From the NCBI GenBank assembly GCA_001600695.1, contig BCKQ01000044.1, positions 4,361-15,477 on the forward strand: a stretch of DNA of 11,117 nt, given 5' to 3'. The notes beneath the pieces were generated by a model. It ran no database searches. It was not told the origin of the DNA and saw only the letters and a program-made list of their open reading frames with translations. Within the stretch, counting starts at the first letter, position 1. Each line of letters starts with the position of its first letter. The translations under genes and the position numbers were made by a program. This document shows positions 6,888-11,117 of this stretch, one piece after another. The stretch is from Ascoidea asiatica JCM 7603. Taxonomy: Eukaryota > Fungi > Ascomycota.

Positions 6888-8525
6888 ATGTCTCAAGCTG
6901 TAATTAAAGCTGAAGAAAAGCATGTTGAGAAAGATGAAGGCTCGGCACTTAAAGCAACTGGAACAAGTTCTTCAAATATTGATTCGGAAGGAAATCAAGA
7001 ACTTCATAGAGTTAAAAATACTGGTAATCCAACTTTAGCTATTTTACTTTGTATATCAATTTCCTTTGGTGGATTTGTATTCGGATGGGATACAGGTACT
7101 ATTGGTAATATTACAGGAATGACAGCATTTAAAAGAAGATTTGGAGATGTTCAAACTTATGATGAATCAACTGGTGAATATTCTTATCGTTTTCATGAAG
7201 GTGTTGTTGGATTAATTGTATCAATTTTTAACATTGGTTGTGCTTTTGGTGGTTTAGTTATTCCTAGACTTATTGGTGATAAACATGGTAGAAGATGGGG
7301 TATTATTGTAGCAATATTTGTTTACTTCGTTGGTATTATTATTCAAATGACAGCAAAATTATCAAGTAAATGGTATCAAATTTTAATTGGAAGAGCAGTT
7401 TCAGGTTTTGCAGTTGGAGCTACTTCAGTTTTGGTTCCAATGTTTATTTCAGAAAGTGCACCAAGAGAAATTAGAGGATCTTTAGTTGTTATTTATCAAT
7501 TGATGATTACTTTAGGTATTTTATGTGGTTATTGTTGTGATTATGGTACTAAAGAAAGTTACGATGATGATAAACAATGGATGATTCCATTAGGATTATC
7601 TTTTGCATGGGGTTTCTTTGTTATTGTTGCAGCTTATTTTATGCCAGAAAGTGCAAGATATTTAGTTGAAAATGATAGATTTGATGAAGCTAAAATTTCA
7701 TTAGTTAGATTAAACAAAGGTAAATCTGATGAATTAATTGAAGAAGAATTAAATGATATTAAAGCTTCTGTTAGATTAGAAAAGGAATCCACTAATGATA
7801 CTGATTTAAAGAATGTAATAAAAGAAATGCTTACTGGAGAACCAAGATTAGGATTCAGATTATTAACAGGTGTTTGTCTTATGTCTTTCCAACAATTAAG
7901 TGGTAATAATTATTTCTTCTATTATGGAAGTTCATTATTTGATAATGTTGGTATGTCAGATGGTTTCGAAACATCTATTATTTTAGGTGCAGTTAATTTT
8001 GGAGCAACATTTTTAGGTATTTATATGGTTGAAAAATTAGGTAGAAGAGCATGTTTAGTTCTTGGATCATATTGGATGTTTGTCTGTATGATGATATATG
8101 CCTCTGTTGGTGCTTTTGATTTAGATACAAGTTCAGTTGGAGGAGCTGGTGGATATGTTATGATTGTCTTTACATGTCTTTATATTGTTGGATTTGCATG
8201 TACTTGGGGACCAGTTTGTTTTGTTGTTGTTTCTGAGATATATCCATTAAGAATTAAGTCTATGGCTATGGCAATTGCAACATCAGCTAATTGGATTTTC
8301 AATTTCATCATTTCATTAAATACTCCATTCATCACTGATAGAATTGGTTATAAATTTGGTTATGTATTTGCATTCTTCTTATTGGTTTCTGGTGTTTTTG
8401 TTAGTATATATGTTCCAGAAACAAAAGGTTTAGGTCTTGAAGAAGTTGATATGCTTTATCAATTATCAAAAGGTAGATCAAGAATGTTTGCAGCCAGAAA
8501 AGAATTACCAAGAGGTTATGAATAA
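6888..8525 (+). CDS. MFS sugar porter, HXT-family hexose transporter, 545 aa
   Basis: Motifs FGGFVFGWDTGT, DKHGRR, GRAVSG, PMFISESAPREIRG, YQLMITLG, PESAR, QQLSGNNYFFYY, EKLGRR, SEIYP and PETKG; about 12 hydrophobic segments; short C-tail. The specific orthologue cannot be assigned by eye. Confidence 0.97.
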   Translation: MSQAVIKAEEKHVEKDEGSALKATGTSSSNIDSEGNQELHRVKNTGNPTLAILLCISISFGGFVFGWDTGTIGNITGMTAFKRRFGDVQTYDESTGEYSYRFHEGVVGLIVSIFNIGCAFGGLVIPRLIGDKHGRRWGIIVAIFVYFVGIIIQMTAKLSSKWYQILIGRAVSGFAVGATSVLVPMFISESAPREIRGSLVVIYQLMITLGILCGYCCDYGTKESYDDDKQWMIPLGLSFAWGFFVIVAAYFMPESARYLVENDRFDEAKISLVRLNKGKSDELIEEELNDIKASVRLEKESTNDTDLKNVIKEMLTGEPRLGFRLLTGVCLMSFQQLSGNNYFFYYGSSLFDNVGMSDGFETSIILGAVNFGATFLGIYMVEKLGRRACLVLGSYWMFVCMMIYASVGAFDLDTSSVGGAGGYVMIVFTCLYIVGFACTWGPVCFVVVSEIYPLRIKSMAMAIATSANWIFNFIISLNTPFITDRIGYKFGYVFAFFLLVSGVFVSIYVPETKGLGLEEVDMLYQLSKGRSRMFAARKELPRGYE

Positions 8526-8529
8526 TTGT

Positions 8530-8879
8530 TTTTTCAAAATAACCCTCATTAAACATTTATTATTGCATTATAAATATCTAATGCTCATTAAATTTAATTA
8601 TCAAGCACTCCTTTTTTTTTTTTTAACCCTTATACTGCTTGGCTATAGATAGTTCTTAGTCTCATGAGTTTTATGAATTTCAAAAATTTTAACGAAGTTT
8701 CTTTTTATTTTCCTTTTACTTTTTTTTCATTTAAAAAAAATATCAAGTTTTTAGTTAATGCTCTTTTTTTTTTTATTATGACATCATTTTTAATACATAT
8801 TTCATTTTTTTTTAACAAAAGCTTTAATGTAAACCTTTAATTTATATATACAGTATAATATTAAATCAAAATGAGATAT
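8530..8879 (+). repeat. Diverged 3' flank of transporter copy B, homologous to 141-473
   Basis: Same collinear blocks as listed for 141-473. Confidence 0.7.
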
Positions 8880-9106
8880 TATTGAAAATAAACTATACAG
8901 ACTTAGTTTCTTCATTAATCCAAGCAGTTTTTAAACTAATCCAGTGAAAAAGAATACTGTTAAATTATGCAGATATAATCAGAGCAGCAAACAATTGCCT
9001 ATTTTGACTTTATCCGGGAAAACTGGCTGTTGTATCACGTTTATTATTGTTTTAATGCTCGAAATGTCAGAGTTCCGGGACTTTCCGTTTTGGGATTATT
9101 TTTATT

Positions 9107-9151
9107 TTTTTGAAATTTTTGTGATTTTTGAGATTTTGGAACTTTTGAAAG
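9107..9151. repeat. Degenerate 9-bp tandem repeat x5 in the RRP41 promoter
   Basis: TTTTTGAAA TTTTTGTGA TTTTTGAGA TTTTGGAAC TTTTGAAAG; includes RRPE-like TGAAATTTTT at 9111-9120. Confidence 0.65.
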
Positions 9152-9162
9152 AAAAAAAATAA

Positions 9163-9249
9163 ATGAAAACAAGTTCAAAAGAGAAGCGAGAAGAAAGGAA
9201 CAACAACAGCAACAACAACAACACAAAAGGTTATATCGTTCTAGAATAG
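9163..9249 (+). other. 28-codon upstream ORF in frame with RRP41
   Basis: ATG at 9163 is 108 nt upstream of the RRP41 ATG. It reads MKTSSKEKREERNNNSNNNNTKGYIVLE-TAG and contains a (CAA)n tract. Function unproven. Confidence 0.3.
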
Positions 9250-9270
9250 GAATTAATAATAATAGGAAAC

Positions 9271-10014
9271 ATGTCAAGGCCAGAAATATATTCACCGGAA
9301 GGATTGAGATTGGATGGTAGAAGATGGAATGAAATCAGAAAATTCAGTTGTAAAATAAATACACATCCAATATCTTCTGATGGTTCTTCATATCTTGAAA
9401 TTGGAAATACGAAAATAATATGTATGATAAATGGACCAATTGAACCAAAATTGAAATCAAATACTTTACAAGATAAAGCATATCTTTCAATAAATATAAC
9501 TCAGACAAATTTTAGTTCAAATTCAAATTCAAATAAAAAAATTAATAAAAATAGTAAAAAATTACAAGAATTAAATATTTCTTTAACTAGAATTTTTGAA
9601 GCTTTAATAATTTTAAAAAATTATCCAAGAACTCAAATATTAATTAATGTGATAGTATTGAATGAAGATGGTTCATTGATTTCTTCAATTATAAATTCAA
9701 TTACTTTAGCCTTAATAGATTCTGGAATTTCAATGTATGATTATATTTCTTCAATAAATTGTGGATTATATAATAATTCATTACCTTTATTGGATTTGAA
9801 TCATTTGGAAGAATTGAATATGAGTTTTTTAACTTTAGGAGTCATAGGAAATAGTGAAAAGATTTCATTTTTATTACAAGATGAAATTTTACCAATTGAT
9901 AAACTTGAGAAAATCTTAGCAATTTCAATTTCTGGTACTCATGAAATTAAAAAATTAATGGATAATGAAATTAAAAGTCATGCAAATTTAAGAATTAAAA
10001 GATCAACAATGTGA
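9271..10014 (+). CDS. RRP41: Exosome core RNase PH-like subunit Rrp41/Ski6, 247 aa
   Basis: MSRPEIYSPEGLRLDGRRWNE..., DGSSYLE.GNTK, YPRT.I.I.V.VL..DG, ITLALIDSGISMYDY and PLLD are collinear with S. cerevisiae Ski6 over the full length. Confidence 0.97.
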   Translation: MSRPEIYSPEGLRLDGRRWNEIRKFSCKINTHPISSDGSSYLEIGNTKIICMINGPIEPKLKSNTLQDKAYLSINITQTNFSSNSNSNKKINKNSKKLQELNISLTRIFEALIILKNYPRTQILINVIVLNEDGSLISSIINSITLALIDSGISMYDYISSINCGLYNNSLPLLDLNHLEELNMSFLTLGVIGNSEKISFLLQDEILPIDKLEKILAISISGTHEIKKLMDNEIKSHANLRIKRSTM

Positions 10015-10059
10015 GAAATTAAAATGATAATAATTATTATTTTCATTTTAATATATATT
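10015..10059. terminator. 45-nt convergent intergenic gap, near-palindromic, with TATATA
   Basis: ATTAAAATGA (10018-10027) and TCATTTTAAT (10043-10052) flank the self-complementary TAATAATTATTA; TATATA at 10052-10057. Confidence 0.55.
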
Positions 10060-11115
10060 TTATATACTTAATAATTTATATAAATCTTTAAAAATTATAC
10101 TTAATTTACTAAAAATTTCATTATTTCTTAATCGTAGTTTATAATTTATACCATTATTACCAAAACTTAAATTTAAACATAATTTATTTATATTAATAAT
10201 TAAAAAAATTAATAAAACACTAATTTGTTTTAAAATTAAATTTTTTTCAATATATTTAATAAATTCATCAGATTTTAATGGATAACTGTTTTTTCTTTCT
10301 TCATCATTAATATTAATATTATTAATATTTCCATTTTTATTTACATTATCTTCAGATTTATGAATATTATCAATATATGAATTATTTGGAATTTTAGAAT
10401 TAATATTAAATAATTTTCCATCATCAAATAAAATTTTTAAAACATCTTCTTTTGTGAATAAATTTAAAAAAAATTCTTTATCTTCTTTCTTAACTTTATT
10501 TTCATATTTTTCAAATAATTTACTTATTTTTTCATCACTTTCTTCTTCATTATTTATATTAATTTCATCATTTTCGTTTTCATTATTTTTATTAACATTT
10601 TCAACTTCTTCATCATCATCTTCTTCATATATTTCATTATTATCATCATGTTCCTCTTCTTCTTCATCATCATCATAATCATAGTGTTCATTATCATCAT
10701 TATCATCATTATCATTTTCTACATGTTCATTATGTTCAATATATTCTTTATGTACTTCATTATTATTATAATGTTCTTCTTTATCACTTTCTTCATTTGT
10801 TATTTTAATAGTATGTAAATCATTATCACCAAAATATAATTTATCATTATGAATTTTACTTAAAATTTTATTTGCAACACCATGAATAATTCCTGAATTT
10901 ATAATATAATCAAAATCCATTGAAAGATAAAGATTAATAACTTTAATTAAAACTTGTAAACAATATAACATTGATCTTTGAAAAATGGCATTAATATTAC
11001 CTTCATAATTACTTATATTAAAAATTAAATTATTTAAATCAATATTAAAATTATCTTTATTATTTTTTAAATCATTTAAATTTATTAATTTATATCTTAA
11101 TAAATCTTGAGTAAT
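10060..11115 (-). CDS. 3' part (at least 351 aa) of an unidentified protein; 5' end probably outside the window
   Basis: The frame continues stop-free 48 codons upstream of the track ATG (ITQDLLRYKL...NYEGNINAIFQRS-MLYCL) to the window edge. More than 1 kb open in very AT-rich DNA; helical-looking hydrophobic blocks flank an acidic insert. Confidence 0.85.
   Translation of the reverse strand: MTQDLLRYKLINLNDLKNNKDNFNIDLNNLIFNISNYEGNINAIFQRSMLYCLQVLIKVINLYLSMDFDYIINSGIIHGVANKILSKIHNDKLYFGDNDLHTIKITNEESDKEEHYNNNEVHKEYIEHNEHVENDNDDNDDNEHYDYDDDEEEEEHDDNNEIYEEDDDEEVENVNKNNENENDEININNEEESDEKISKLFEKYENKVKKEDKEFFLNLFTKEDVLKILFDDGKLFNINSKIPNNSYIDNIHKSEDNVNKNGNINNININDEERKNSYPLKSDEFIKYIEKNLILKQISVLLIFLIININKLCLNLSFGNNGINYKLRLRNNEIFSKLSIIFKDLYKLLSI
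10530..10800 (-). repeat. Trinucleotide-rich (GAT/GAA/AAT) acidic low-complexity coding tract
   Basis: Encodes D/E/N/H-rich sequence such as NDNDDNDDNEHYDYDDDEEEEEHDD. Boundaries approximate. Confidence 0.8.
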
Positions 11116-11117
11116 TG

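Noticed and set aside
6888-8525. Snf3/Rgt2-type glucose sensor identity
   Set aside because: The C-terminal tail is only about 30 aa and the motifs are HXT-like.
9077-9086. GGGACTTTCC, an exact NF-kB site
   Set aside because: Yeasts lack Rel/NF-kB factors; coincidence.
9230-9265. 36-nt GT..AG segment whose removal would fuse the uORF to RRP41
   Set aside because: Too short for a yeast intron, non-consensus donor and branch site, and RRP41 homology begins exactly at 9271.
8437-9295. ORFs 8437-8652, 8944-9162 and 9044-9295 (poly-Cys)
   Set aside because: Out-of-frame overlap or promoter DNA; the poly-Cys run is the reverse reading of the (CAA)n tract.
10454-10678. 74-aa Ser-rich + strand ORF
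   Set aside because: Antisense shadow of the acidic repeat tract.

Overview
Very AT-rich budding-yeast (Saccharomycotina) nuclear DNA with no intron needed in any gene. Left to right: the last 22 codons of a hexose-transporter gene (1-69, +), a 1221-aa Slk19/fungal-TACC kinetochore-spindle protein (+), tRNA-Ser(AGA) (-), a ~1.6 kb promoter with eight Rgt1-type CGGANNA sites, a complete 545-aa HXT-family sugar porter (+), exosome subunit RRP41/SKI6 (+), and a convergent unidentified gene (-) whose frame stays open past the window edge. The most notable observations are five. (1) All six CTG codons in the called genes lie in SLK19 and sit in contexts that fit Ser better than Leu, suggesting a CUG-reassigned code. 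(2) The two transporter genes are direct-repeat paralogues 8462 bp apart that share ~350-400 bp of 3' flank and enclose SLK19 plus the tRNA. (3) A 582-nt ATG-free stretch precedes SLK19. (4) A hexamer microsatellite replaces a conserved RNA-channel motif of Rrp41. (5) The 45-nt gap between the convergent genes is almost one palindrome. No wholly new multi-gene system is demonstrable from sequence alone. Homologue comparisons are from memory and need confirmation by alignment.
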